Below, piece after piece: positions 13,204 through 26,483 of a stretch of 64,000 nucleotides of DNA; within the stretch, counting starts at the first letter, position 1, and each line of letters begins with the position of its first letter. A program made the translations under genes and the position numbers. Under the pieces are notes generated by a model. That model was not told the DNA's origin. It saw only the letters and a program-made list of their open reading frames with translations, and did not search any database. Origin of the DNA: Octopus sinensis. Lineage: Eukaryota. The stretch spans positions 49,910,001 through 49,974,000 of the forward strand of contig NC_043004.1 of assembly GCF_006345805.1 (NCBI RefSeq), in the 5' to 3' direction.

Positions 13204-16200
13204 TTTATATCATATTTGATATTATTGAAACTTGTAAACATTGAATCTTTTAAACATGCATTTCTAATTCATTATTTAAAATTTTTACCATTGATAAACA
13301 AAAAAAAAATGTTGAAACTAGTTTGGTATGTCTGTAAATAAATTTATTTAAAAACAATTACAGGTTTTTCAAATGTAGGTGCATTTTCAACAACAAAATT
13401 TCCTGTATATATATAAGAGGATAATGGTAGTTTAGGGACAGAAACGTTTAAGCCTGTTCCACGTCATATTGAAAAAGGGCTGACGGTTAGAAATACTGGA
13501 AGTGAATTGGAAAGTGTATGTATTCATACTTGCAAGAGTAACAGGGGCTGTAACTGTTAACTTAGATACTTGATCATGTCACGTGTATGTGTGTGTATAT
13601 ATATATAATGACAAAATAATAATATAATAAATAAAACATATGGATATATACATACATATATGTACGTACCTACATCTATATGTATATATACATGCATATA
13701 TAGGTACAGGACACCAAAAACGTCGAACACGATGAGAAACAAAAACATAAAAAGAAAACCAAAGAAACGGACATTTTTTTAAACAACGAAAAAACAGGGT
13801 AAAAAAAACAGACATACAACACAAGGAAAATTCCCCTTCTTCAGCCGCCTCTGTTTCGCCTACTCCGTGTTTCGAAGGTAAAGGTGAGACACGACTTCAT
13901 GGAAACAGTCCTTCCTGCAAAGCAAATTAAATAAAATTTTAGATTTTTTGCGGAGGGGTAAAAGTGGTAACAAAAACAGGACTGTAAAGACAATACAAAT
14001 GAAAACAGTAAAAGACAGGACAAGGAGAATAACAGTAACACAAACATTAAGGGTTGTTAAGCCTGAACGAAAGAAAAAACATTTTGAACGCTTTGAAAAC
14101 AGCTTGAGAGGGACAGAGAAAGCCGACTTCACTCGTTGGAAGTAGTAGTCAGATAAAAATACTACATGTGCTATCAAAGTTTATGTGTATTTCTCTGAGT
14201 CTTAGTATGTACCTTGCGAACTTAGTATAAAGAATATATTGTTACTAAGAGTGCATAGTAGTTCATTGATTCATGTACATGTTCCATATGGATATGTGAT
14301 TGCGTGTTCTGTGTAAATACGTGTATGTGCTTATGTGTTTTGTGCAATTATGTACGACATGTGGATATGTGACAGTTTATAAAGTGCTGTTTAGCTTGAA
14401 TTGTGTGTGTACACTAGTTGAGCTGCTTTGCGTATGTGTATGTATGGGTAAAAGTGTGTGTGTGTGATACACTATGGATGTGTGTGTACATGCTTGTGTG
14501 TTAGCTGAAATTTTTTTATTGATAGGTGTAGTACGAATTTATTGTGATGGTGTCGCGGAGAGTATGCGCGTGTATGTTTATGCCATTGACATGTGTGAGT
14601 ATGTTTCGTGAGTATGTGAGCATATTTCGTTTCTGTTGAGTTATTGTGTACGATGCTGTGTTGAAACGTGGACGACGCCTAATGAATCCAAATTCCTGGC
14701 GGAAAACTATATGAAATATTTTAATGTAGGCATATATTTGCTAAAACTTAAAAAAAGGATCATATAATTAGAAAAGGGTATAAATTTATTCATCATATAC
14801 TAAAACTATATAGATCATGACCACTTTCCGCCCTTATGTATTTTTTTACACACGTGATACTGAAGAAGTGAAAACATCACTAGCTTTCGCTCATGGATAA
14901 ATGAATATACCATATAGTCTGCGCTTCACAAGCTAATAGATAATTGACGCTGATTTTGTTTTTTTTTTCTTCTTTTTTTTTCAATAAACTAACCAAATCT
15001 TGGAAGATAGTTGACAGTCATATTGCATTTGCGAATATGCAAATGTGTGAATATTTTTGCTTATCTATACTCACGCTGCTTCTCTGCTTCAGTTATTTCA
15101 ATAACTGTAAATGTGGTTGATTAATGACGATGCAGAGAGCTACAGCAACTAATTAAATATACACACCCTACTTTATATTCAAACTACTTTTTCCTTCGTT
15201 TATAAAAGCAACTATTCACCAATCCATCTATGTATATGGATGCAGTTTTCATATATGTGTATACATGCATAACTATAATGCATATTATAACGATACGCAC
15301 AGATACATACACACATATATACACACACACATGTATATCAGTAAAATGTTCAGTTCTAAATGAGCTATAATGATTAAAAAAAAGGATTCACTGATCGATA
15401 TTCTCTTCTAAGAGAAGTATTGACTGAATATTGTTAAGACATAAGGCCGTTATACATGTTTTAAGGTGAGAGTAATAAATATAAAAAGTGTGGTTGTGTC
15501 CATGGATTTCATAGGATCATTAGTGACGGTTCAATGATTATAGTGCTTTGATTTTAAAATGTTCAATGATTTTGATTTATAACGTCGACAGTAAAAATGG
15601 CGTTGTATATATAGGCCTTCCGATAGCAAAAAACATGTAAAGAAACACTGAAATAGCATTGGTTAGCTTAGCTTTATATCTGTGACTTCCACCGACTGTA
15701 AGTTATCATTCAGGGAAAAGGACGTAATTATAGAGGTAAAGCCAATGACAATATGTGTCGTTCATGTCCTTCTCAAAGCTAGTTAACAAAAACGAATCCT
15801 GCTGCAAGAGGTATTCTATATCAAATCGTCCGATCGTCATTACTATATCATTTTATCTATGGCATACATACAATAATGCGTGACAAGCCTGTATGTTGTA
15901 TATACATATCTGTATGTGTGTATGACCACGGTGTGTTTGCGTTTGTGTGCGGGTGTGTGCATGACTGTGAGAGAGTGGTGGATATCGATATATGAATGCA
16001 TATGTAAATAGTGTCAGGACTCCATTGTGTGATTGTCTTTTTTCCACGGCAACTGCTGTATTTTTTATGCATCATGCCAACAAAATATATAAAGCACCTC
16101 AACATTATATAATATTCATCAATTAAACATTACATTATATTCACGACATCTCAACGCTATAACATATACATAATCAACTGAACACTGTCCTCAACATTAC

Positions 16201-16611
16201 ATTATCCATAAAAACTGAATAGTATATCATATTATATACATTAAAGTTGAACCAATGATCTCTGGTTCATTCCCGAATATCGCACATCATCTATCCATTA
16301 TTTTATCGTCCTTCCAGTAGGATTGAACCTTCATCTGTATAAACCACTTTATAAAAAGTCAAATTTTAGATACGAGTTCATTGTCGTCTTTTAATAATGT
16401 GTACATGATCTTTGTGGCCGTAACTGATGAATTGGAGCATTTAATAACCTGAGTGTGGAATAGCACCCGACTTCACAGCAATTACTAGTACCAATATAAC
16501 CACCATCACTACCATTACTAACACGTCTACAGCCATCACACTCAATACATTTTCCTACGCCACCATCACAAGAACCTCAGTAAAGCCACTACAGTGGAAG
16601 ACAGTTACGTG

Positions 16612-17688
16612 ATGCCTGGTAATAGAAACAAAATAATCGCAAAACATCTGCCGAAACCCCGAGTAGCAGCTATGAGAGAAAACGAACCAAGTAATACATG
16701 TTCACAAGGCTATAATGTAACTCCTTTTGTCATCTCTTGTACTGATGTATGTACCGGCAGTGAATCCATCAACATGAACCACAGGCGACCAATAGGGGAT
16801 TCACGTGAAGAAATACTGATGCACGTTTTAAAACCGGCATTACATTTTACGGCGCTCTCCGGTCAAGAGTTTTATCCATCAGGTTATCTCACCAAATACC
16901 AAAAGAATTTGTTCAAAGTTTTCAAAAGTATTGTTTTACTGTTTTATATTTGGAATATAATACGCTTATGTTTTTCATTTAATTTTTTGGTGAACAAAGG
17001 AACAGGTGTTGTTTTATTTAATTTCTTCCTGTTTTATTTCATAGAAATTTTAAAGCATTGTATGAAGTTCATCTTCAACATCGTATATAGCAAAAAGTTG
17101 CTTGAGAAATTCACGAATTACGATGTTTCTCTGAGTGAGCAAAACTATTTCAGGAAATTAAAAATGGAAATTAAACTGATGATAGGATTTTCGACTATCT
17201 TAATAATTGCTAATATATTACACATCGTTATTATTACTGATACACCATTTACCATCAAAACTTTACAACTTGTACCAATATGGAGGAATAGAATTTTTGA
17301 AAGGATAAACTTCGGAATTTTAAGCTGGTTTATCGCTTCTGGAATATTCAGCGACGTTATAATCTGTTGTGAGTTGCACGCCCTCTCACAAAAACTCAAA
17401 CTCCTCGACGACAAAGAAGAAACAACTAGTGACATTGACAATAAGTTGATACATCTACAAAAGAAATACGAAGAGATAATGGAGCTACTACATCAAGTCA
17501 ATACCTACTTCTCCATTTATATAGTCACCCTCCTTATGTTCGCCATTATCTTCTCCTGTATGCTTATCGTAATCTTATTTCGCCATGATGTTGTCATTAA
17601 AGAAAAAACAATATCAATTATGATCACAGCATTGCACGTTGCGTTGGCCATCACAGTCCTCTACAGTGGTATTTGTTTACAAGTTGCT
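16612..17688 (+). CDS. GRL variable exon V2; spliced isoform ~451 aa (397 aa from the ATG at 16774); carries an 8-aa in-frame deletion
   Basis: Open frame paralogous to V1 (MPGNRNK versus MPGKRNK, LKPALHFTALSGQEFYP, ICCELHALSQKLK). It ends LYSGICLQVA at a GTACGT donor (17689), with an in-frame stop 3 codons into the intron. Confidence 0.85.
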
Positions 17689-17745
17689 GTACGTTACTAA
17701 TTATTTAATCATTTTATATACATGCATTCATATGTATATATATAT

Positions 17746-17795
<50 letters not shown>

Positions 17796-18019
17796 ATATA
17801 TGTTAAACCGTTAACCCCTACACTTCCTTTTTTTCTCTCCCCGTTTTTTTTACGTTATCTCTGTCTATTTTTTCTCTCAATCAATTCTGTTGAAGAGTGT
17901 AGGTTTGAAACGTGAAAGATTTTCCCGTTTTTCCCGAACGTTAAACGTGTACACGTGCTTGCTTCTTCTTCACTCGTCTTCGTCTTTAGTTTTCTGTATA
18001 TTTCAGCTATATATATATA

Positions 18020-18071
<52 letters not shown>

Positions 18072-18179
18072 TGTGTGTGTGGTGTGTGTGTGTTACACAT
18101 ATATACATACATACATACATACATACACACATACATTCATATATACATACATATGTAAATACATATATATATACACACA

Positions 18180-18242
<63 letters not shown>

Positions 18243-18254
18243 TGAGAGAAGGTG

Positions 18255-18550
18255 CGTAGTTAGTGTTTAGGGCATTCGGCTCATGGTCGTAACATCGCAA
18301 GTTCGATTCTCGCCGGCGTGTTGTGCCCTTTCACGTTGATTCAATTCACTGAGCTGCCAAAAATAAGTACTAGCCGTTTTCAAAGGGCCACCTTTGTTAC
18401 ATTCTGTGTCACGCTAAATCTCCCTGAGAAATACGTTAAGGGTACACGTGTCTGTGGAGTGCTCAGCAATTTGCACGTTAATTCCCCGAGCAGGCTGTTC
18501 CGTTGAACGGTTCAACTGGAGCCCTCGTCGTCGTAAGCGACGGAGTACCA
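18255..18550 (+). mobile_element. tRNA-derived SINE (partial copy at ~8984-9100)
   Basis: B-box AGTTCGATTCTC. The 3' part GTTAAGGGTACACGTGTCTGTGGAG..CGTCGTAA is shared with 8984-9100. Confidence 0.7.
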
Positions 18551-18733
18551 GTTATATATATATATATATATATAACTGAAGAGATGCCGGCGTGGTTTCC
18601 GCCACGACATCCGAAACTCGGAGTTTTATCATGGCTACCGGATAATTGTCACATATTATATTTACAGATAAATTCCTCTATTTATATAATATCGAAGTCT
18701 CGTTCATCTTTTTGTTGTCTGCGATTTCTACCA

Positions 18734-18778
<45 letters not shown>

Positions 18779-18814
18779 TAGACATCTACTCGCGCGCACA
18801 CACACACACTTTCA

Positions 18815-19433
18815 TCTCTATATTATAAATCTGAATGCCTATCTTAAAAGGTGTCGTTGCTAGGGCCAAAAACGCACTTTGACAAGTCTACTCTCATTCT
18901 TTTATGTATCTGTCTTCCTCCGTCACTCACTCTCTTTTCTCCCTTCCCATCACTTTCTATATATAACGTCGTTTAACAGCGTCTAACTCCCCTTCAAATT
19001 CTCTTTATAACGTCGTCAAACAGCGTTCTATATCTCCCCCTCACCGCCTTCGACAGCGCTTTCACACACTCTCTCTCTCTACGTCTGTCTGCATTCATAG
19101 ACAGAATTATCATCGCCACAACAACCACACAATCATGAGAACAAATATTATGAATCAGATATTTATTGGGTTAATTTATATATATGTGTGTGTATGTGTG
19201 TGTGTGTTCTATATATAAATATGCATATTAAACTTTTTAATACTTTTTGATAGTTATATATATTTTTTAAAAAAGGTATAAATATAAATTAATAATTTTA
19301 ATTTTCAATTTAAATAATTTAATTTATAAATTTTATATTTTATATATTTGGTATATTATTTTTATTTTTATGTTTTCGTTTATGTTTTTCACTGTGATTT
19401 GCCTAATAGTGGTTTTTCTAATTAATTTATATA

Positions 19434-19504
<71 letters not shown>

Positions 19505-21203
19505 TTTGTATACATTTGTATATATAATGCGTACACACACACACATATATATATATATAATGCGTATATATATAGATATATATATATATATATATATCTT
19601 TTACTCTTTTACTCTTTACTCTTTTACTTGTTTCAATCATTTGACTGCAGCCATGTTGGAGCACCGCCTTTAGTCGAGCAAATCGACGCCGGGACTTATT
19701 CTTTGTAAGCCCAGTACTTATTCTATCGGACTCTTTTGCCGAACCGCTAAGTGACGGGGACGTAAACACACCAGCATCGGTTGCCAAGCAATGCTAAGGG
19801 GACAAACACAGACACACAAACACACACACATACACACATGAATATATATATATACCTATATACGACAGGCTTCTTTCAGTTTCCATCTACCAAATCCACT
19901 CACAAGGCATTGGTCGGCCCGGGGCTATAGCAGAAGACACTTGCCCAAGATGCCACGCAGTGGGACTGAACCCGGAGCCATGTGGTTGGTTAGCAAGCTA
20001 CTTACCACACAACCACTCCTGCGCATTATATATATAATGTGTGCATTATGTGGTCGGTTGTTCTGAAAATATGCACACCTATGTTAAAAGTGCTGGCGAG
20101 TTTGCATGGCAACTATTTTTTTCCTCAAATGAAAGGCGTGACCTCTAGGACAAAATTCCTCATCTTATAAAATGTGAACCGAGTAGACACGAATGAAATC
20201 GGGTTATAATAACCAAAATGTGAAAAGAGGTCTAAATGGGGCTTGAAGGGGATTAAAATTTACAGGAGCGGGTGTTTAGGAATTCTCTGTTACATCAAGC
20301 TAAAAAAATTGCGCCAGCCTTTAAATCGTCAATGTGTTGCAGTCCATGATGAAGAAGTTTTGAATGCTTGCCATGGTGAGTCTACTGTCGTGAGAAAGAA
20401 TCACTTCAAAGCTTGGTGTTTAGGAATTTTCTTTTACATCAAGTTCAAAATTTTACGCCAACCGTTAAACTGCCACTATGTTACTGTCCGTCATTAAGAA
20501 ATGCCAGCCATGGTGACTCTACTATCCTCAGATTCTATCATTTCAAACTTTGGTTTCCAATATTTTTTAATTTTTATTCAGCTCGCAAGTTCGTCTCTCC
20601 CTTTTAAATGTTAGTGTTTTGCTTTCTGCCTTGAAGCAGACCTTTCCGTTGTCACTGCCTGATATTTATGATTGATTTTTCAAACTACTTTCTTTCTCAA
20701 CTTACTCAAGATCTTTTGTTGTTTATAAATGGGAGAGAGATAGATAGAGAAAGATAGAGAGTAAGAGAAAGCGAGGGAGAGTCCGAGAGAAAGGAAGAGT
20801 AAGAGAGTGGGAAAGTGAGAGAGAAAGGAGAGAGAAACAAAGAGGGAGAATCATCATCATCATCATCATCATCGTTTAACGTCCGTTTTCCGTGCCAGGC
20901 GGCTGCACCAGGCTCCAGTCTGATCTGGCAGTGTTTCTACAGCTGGATGCCCTTCCTAAAGCCAACCACTCCGTGATTGTAGTGGGTGCTTTTTTCGTGC
21001 CACCGGCACAGGTGCCACGGGGGAGGGCACACTGGCAGTGCCACGATCGGTTGGTGCTTTTTACGTGCCACCGGCACAGAAGCCAGTCAAGGCGGCGCTG
21101 CCATCGGCCACGTTCGGATGGTGCTTTTTATGTGCCGAAAGGATGCAACAGAAAATAACAACCACACTCTTACCCGCGCGTAGAGCGGGTCACCTTATGC
21201 TAG
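18815..21203 (+). mobile_element. Non-autonomous Helitron-like element with nested SINEs
   Basis: Starts A^TC at 18815 and ends with an ACCCGC..GCGGGT hairpin plus CTAG^T at 21200-21203. It is paralogous to 36817-37895. Confidence 0.65.
19610..20023 (-). mobile_element. tRNA-derived SINE (partial second copy at 39045-39270)
   Basis: The minus strand has a tRNA-like head with B-box GGGTTCAGTCCC, a central TTGGGCAAGTGTCTTCT motif and a (AAAGAGTA)n tail. Confidence 0.75.
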
Positions 21204-21417
21204 TATATATATATATATATATATATATAAATACTGTTGTGTTTGCGGAGAGTAATTTTTTGTGCCTTATAATTTAACAGACTCACCGGTTAAATTTCCA
21301 CTTATCCTTATTTTTATTTTCTAAAATTTTCGTTGCGTCTTACAACCTTTTCAATAGTCATGACCCTGTCCGTTATTTACTGATATATACGTGTGTGTAT
21401 ACCCAATCAAAAATACG

Positions 21418-21516
<99 letters not shown>

Positions 21517-21518
21517 TA

Positions 21519-21552
<34 letters not shown>

Positions 21553-21891
21553 TATATATAATATATATATATATATATTATATATATATATTTATATATA
21601 TGTATTTATATATATATATATTTATATATTTCGGAATGGTCATATTGCCAGTTTAGCCAATAAAAACACACGCACTATATATTTGGTGTTATTTTGCTTC
21701 AATGATATTTATTTTTTACATTAATCTTAATCTTATTTCGGCCAAAGTTCTTTCGTCACACTCCTGTGACCGCATCAGTGTCCTTTGTTTTCTTCTCACT
21801 TATTTGTGTCTCTCCTTACTAACCGTCAGCCGTTTTGTATTTATATATTTATATATTTATATATTTATATATATATATATAATATATATAT

Positions 21892-21928
<37 letters not shown>

Positions 21929-21945
21929 GTATATATATATATATG

Positions 21946-22022
<77 letters not shown>

Positions 22023-22303
22023 CCGAACAACCGAGCAGGCTTAACCGATGAGGCAACGGAAATTGCGGAAACTGACGTGAATATTAAGAATTCTAGATCG
22101 ACATTTTTGGGACAATTATGGTCTGTATTAGTATAAATGTTTTCATTCAAGTGTATTAACTACAGCATTAGAGCGCTTTAACTCTTATTTCTAGCAATGT
22201 AGCTGTTTCCTAACACGCTAGTTACATTTAATGCCAATAATAATTCTCCTTTTTGATGAAACATTGCAAACTGCTGTTTACATTACTTATGCATGCACAC
22301 ACA

Positions 22304-22403
<100 letters not shown>

Positions 22404-22405
22404 CA

Positions 22406-22610
22406 CAGTAATCCCTCGACTATCGCGAGTGTTACGTTCCCAAAACCCCACGATAGGTGAAAATCCCGAAGTAGAAACAGTACTGTACTGTATATTTTTT
22501 TTAATTATTTTTGTAAATTGTATATTTATTTTATAAGAAATGCAAAAGAACACCACAGAGGAATCGACATAAGCTTGAATAATAAACCGCGATATAGCGA
22601 GGGACTACTG
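22406..22610. mobile_element. Tigger/pogo-type MITE
   Basis: Terminal inverted repeats CAGTAATCCCTCGACTATCGCG and CGCGATATAGCGAGGGACTACTG, with TA at the right flank. Confidence 0.8.
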
Positions 22611-22945
22611 TATACATATATGTGTGTATGCGTGTGTGCGTGTGTGTGTGGGTGTGTGTGTATGGGTGTGTGTGTGCGTGTATAGAATTTAATCAACAGA
22701 TGGTATAAAGCGACTGAAGACCAAAGGTTTTGTGCATCGGCACAGAATTCACAGCCTTTGATACACTTAGTAACTTCTGCCGATTAAATAAAAAATTCTC
22801 GAATGTTTTGAGTCAATTTTCCGTGTTTGGGTTGCCAATTCTATGTGTGCGTGCGTTCGTGCATGCTTGTATGCGTGTGTATGCGTGTGCGTGTGCATTC
22901 ATATTATGTATATGTATGTACGTATATATATATATTATATATATA

Positions 22946-22976
<31 letters not shown>

Positions 22977-22978
22977 CA

Positions 22979-23014
<36 letters not shown>

Positions 23015-23019
<5 letters not shown>

Positions 23020-23324
23020 CGGAGATGTACTTGCATAGCCAGTGACTTGATCTGAGATCGTGTGCTGGAACGAAAACAATTGCAGCGTGGAAGGTGTTTA
23101 TAAGCCATTTAAGAAATACACAAAAACCGTTAGATTCACTACAACATTTAAATTTGATTTGTCAAATAATTTTCGTCGCTTTGAGACCACGACCTGTTCA
23201 CTGACAAAACCGTGCAAGTGAACAGGTCGCGGTCTCAAAGCGTCGAAAATATTTTGACAAATTAAATTTAAATGTTGTGAATCTAACGGTTTTTGTGTGT
23301 TTTTTAAATGGCTTATAAACACCT

Positions 23325-23364
<40 letters not shown>

Positions 23365-24160
23365 GCAATAAAAACATGGTTTTGGTCTCTGAGGACAACC
23401 CCAACAGAATTAAATTTATGTCTAATAATTCTAAGATCAAGAATTCTATATACCAGTGTAAAATTTCTTGCGGTACCGATGTCTACTTCTACATTGGAGC
23501 TTCCTCTTCCCTGTTATCTAAGAGAATTTCAAATCATTATTTATCATTTAGGGATAGCAGTAAACGTCATAGCACAGGGCTAAGTAAATTGGTTTGGCAT
23601 CTTAAAGACAACAATAAAGATTTCAAGTTAGATTGGTTCATCCTGTCCATATCTTTTCCTTACGATAAGGGCAAGGGATTTTGTAACATTTGCAGCTCTG
23701 AACTCTTCCATATTCTCTTCTCTAAGATTCACCTTGTTAACACACATATAGAGCGATCTTAAAAATGTAAACACTGGCAGAAATATACCTTTAGCTCATA
23801 TAAGTGATTTTGCCAGTCTTTATAGTTTGAGCAGTTAGTTTAACGTGCACTTTACTTCAATAGAGAAATCTACTTCTAAGCCTTTGAACATTTTTTCCCT
23901 CTTTATTTGTTCTCTACTTATTATTTCTTTAACCCTTCTCTTTCTAGTATCTGCCTTTGACGTCGTATCTACTAACGGTTTTTTTTTAAATACTTAATAA
24001 CGTTCTGTTTATCATTTATGCAGTCATCATAATTGTTATAATGTCTTGCTGTTGAGATAGGCTCTCTTTCTTTCCTGATGAGAAGATTGCATTTTACACC
24101 GTTTATTCCTATGGAATAAAACCAATGTGGTCTTCGAAACATATGTCGAAAGTAAAAGAA
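23015..24160 (+). mobile_element. Penelope-like element 3' part (GIY-YIG) with inverted 5' junction and pLTR
   Basis: ORF 23376..23762 reads IYQCKI..YFYIGASSSLLSKRISNHYLSF..STGLSKLVWHLK..CNICSSE, a Penelope GIY-YIG domain. A ~110-bp-arm inverted repeat spans 23091-23324, and a hammerhead lies in the 3' UTR. Confidence 0.8.
24070..24152 (+). ncRNA. Type I hammerhead ribozyme
   Basis: Core CUGAUGA at 24075-24081, GAAA at 24136-24139 and a GUC cleavage triplet at 24145-24147. Stem I is CUUUC/GAAAG, stem II is GAAGA/UCUUC (extended), and stem III is AC/GU around a palindromic ACAUAUGU. Confidence 0.8.
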
Positions 24161-24195
24161 TTTTAATAACATCTGCGTTCAACTCCATTTATTTA

Positions 24196-24280
<85 letters not shown>

Positions 24281-24544
24281 AAGATGAGAATGTGTGTCTG
24301 TCCGTGTGAATCCCTAAAACTCGAGAATTACACAACCGATTTCCTTCAAATTTTACACACACCTTACTTGGGGTCCATGCAGTGTCATAGGCCAAAAAAG
24401 TTTCAACTTCTTGCATAATGCGAGCCGGGATCAATCTCTTATCTCTTACACTATTTCAGTATTACGTCTCTATTTTAATGTGAGATAATACTTTCAGTTT
24501 GAAAGAAGTCTGTCCTGTATATATATGTGTGTGTTTGTGTGTGT

Positions 24545-24575
<31 letters not shown>

Positions 24576-26483
24576 GTGTATGTGTGTATATTCCTTATGC
24601 ATTCCAAAAACCGAGTCACCAATTTTGACGTATGGAGTATCAAAAGATTCAGTAATATTTCGTTTACAAACTAAATTTTCACTCACATATTTGCATTTTT
24701 AATTATAGTTAATCTATATTCAGTTCAATTACATTTGAAGAAGTGAAGGGCGTGATTAGTGTCGTGTATATGGGATGGGAGGGCTATACGCAGGTGAGTA
24801 GGTGAGTGTGCGCGTGAGTGTATGTACCTGCACGTGTATATCTGTGTATGTGCGCGCATGAGTATGTATTTGTGTATGTCTATGAATGTATGCGATATGT
24901 GTGTATACTGATCGATATAACAGCTCTGACTTCAGCAGGATGTGTTATTTCTACTGTGCAAAGATCGCTTTCCCTCAGTTCGTTTCGAGACCCTTGACTT
25001 GATGCTAAAGTCAACATTTCAGAAGTCTTATGAAATAGTTTGTAAGTGGTGGGGTCTATACCAAGGAAAGCTTTTGTCATAATTAGTGGCTATCGTAATG
25101 TTAACTTCTATGTTATTAAAAATCTGTGATTTTCTCTGAAAGAACCTAGATTATAATTATTACATCTGCATGATATAAGCAACCTGTCATCTCGATATAA
25201 TCCAAAATTATTGTTAGTGAATTTATACGTAAGTACGTCTAGTATGTACAGGCCGACTGGACATATACATTATCATTATCATTAGTGCCAATAGAGACAT
25301 TAAATCGATCTACTGCTTCAAATTTCATGACTCAGAAAGTACTTTAAGTGATGTAATATTTAATGTAGATTATAATCGTGTACAAACTAACCGTAGCTTA
25401 AAGTTAGACTTAAGATTAGCGTTAACATGGTTTGAAACAAAACATTATCAAGGAACAGTTAGAGCCCTTCCAAAATAAACAAATTTCGAAATAAGTACTC
25501 GAGATTATAAATTCTAAAAGTCCCAGTTTTGAAGCTGGGTGATTTTCTCCAAGCATCTGATCGTCAATACATTATCTATTTATCTATAATTTACATATCA
25601 ATAATGGGTGGTACCGATAATGCGTGACAAAAGCATATGTTGTATGTGCATATCTGTATGTGTGAGTGAGCGCTGGTGTTTGTTTTGTGTGTGGGTGTGT
25701 GATATATAAGTACATGTGTAAATAGTGTCAGTACTCCATTGAGTGATTGTGCTCTTCTCCATAGCAACTGCTGAGGTTTTATGCATCATACAAGCAAAAT
25801 ATTCTATAAACCATCTTAGCATTATATTATATACATCACTTCAACGCTATTTTATTTTCACGCCATCTCAAAGCCATATCATATGCATAATCAGCCGAAC
25901 ACTATCCTACATGCAAAACCACAACATTGCATTATCCATAATGCCTGAATATCGTATTATGTACATGAACATTGGGCCAATGATCTCCGTTTCATTCTCG
26001 AATATAGCTAATCACTTCAACGTTATTCTATCTACTTTATAAAACGTCAGGTTTTGAATCCGAGTCCATTGTTTCTCTTATGCGATGTGTTACATTATTT
26101 TGTAGCCGTAACTAATAAATTGGAGCTTTTAATGTAAAAGGTATTTAATAACACCCGATTTTACAGCAATTATCAGTACAACTATAACGACCATAACAAC
26201 AGATATCCCCATCGCTACTATAATTACCGACGTTCACTACCTCTACCAACACCACTACAGCCATCACAGCCAATACATATTACTATGCCACCATTAGAGA
26301 AACATTTCAAGACACCGTAATGACGTTTGGCAAGGAAAACAATATACTCGCAAACCTCTCCCAAGTTCTGGCGTAGCAATTATAGCAGAAAACGAACCAA
26401 AGAATATATAGTCACAAACTTATAATGTAATACCATTTGTCATCTCTAGTATTGATGTATCTACATGCAGTAAATCCACCAAC

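Noticed and set aside
16594-16611. GTG start given for the V2 ORF
   Set aside because: In a eukaryote the ATG at 16612 (homologous to V1 7620) or at 16774 is the plausible start.
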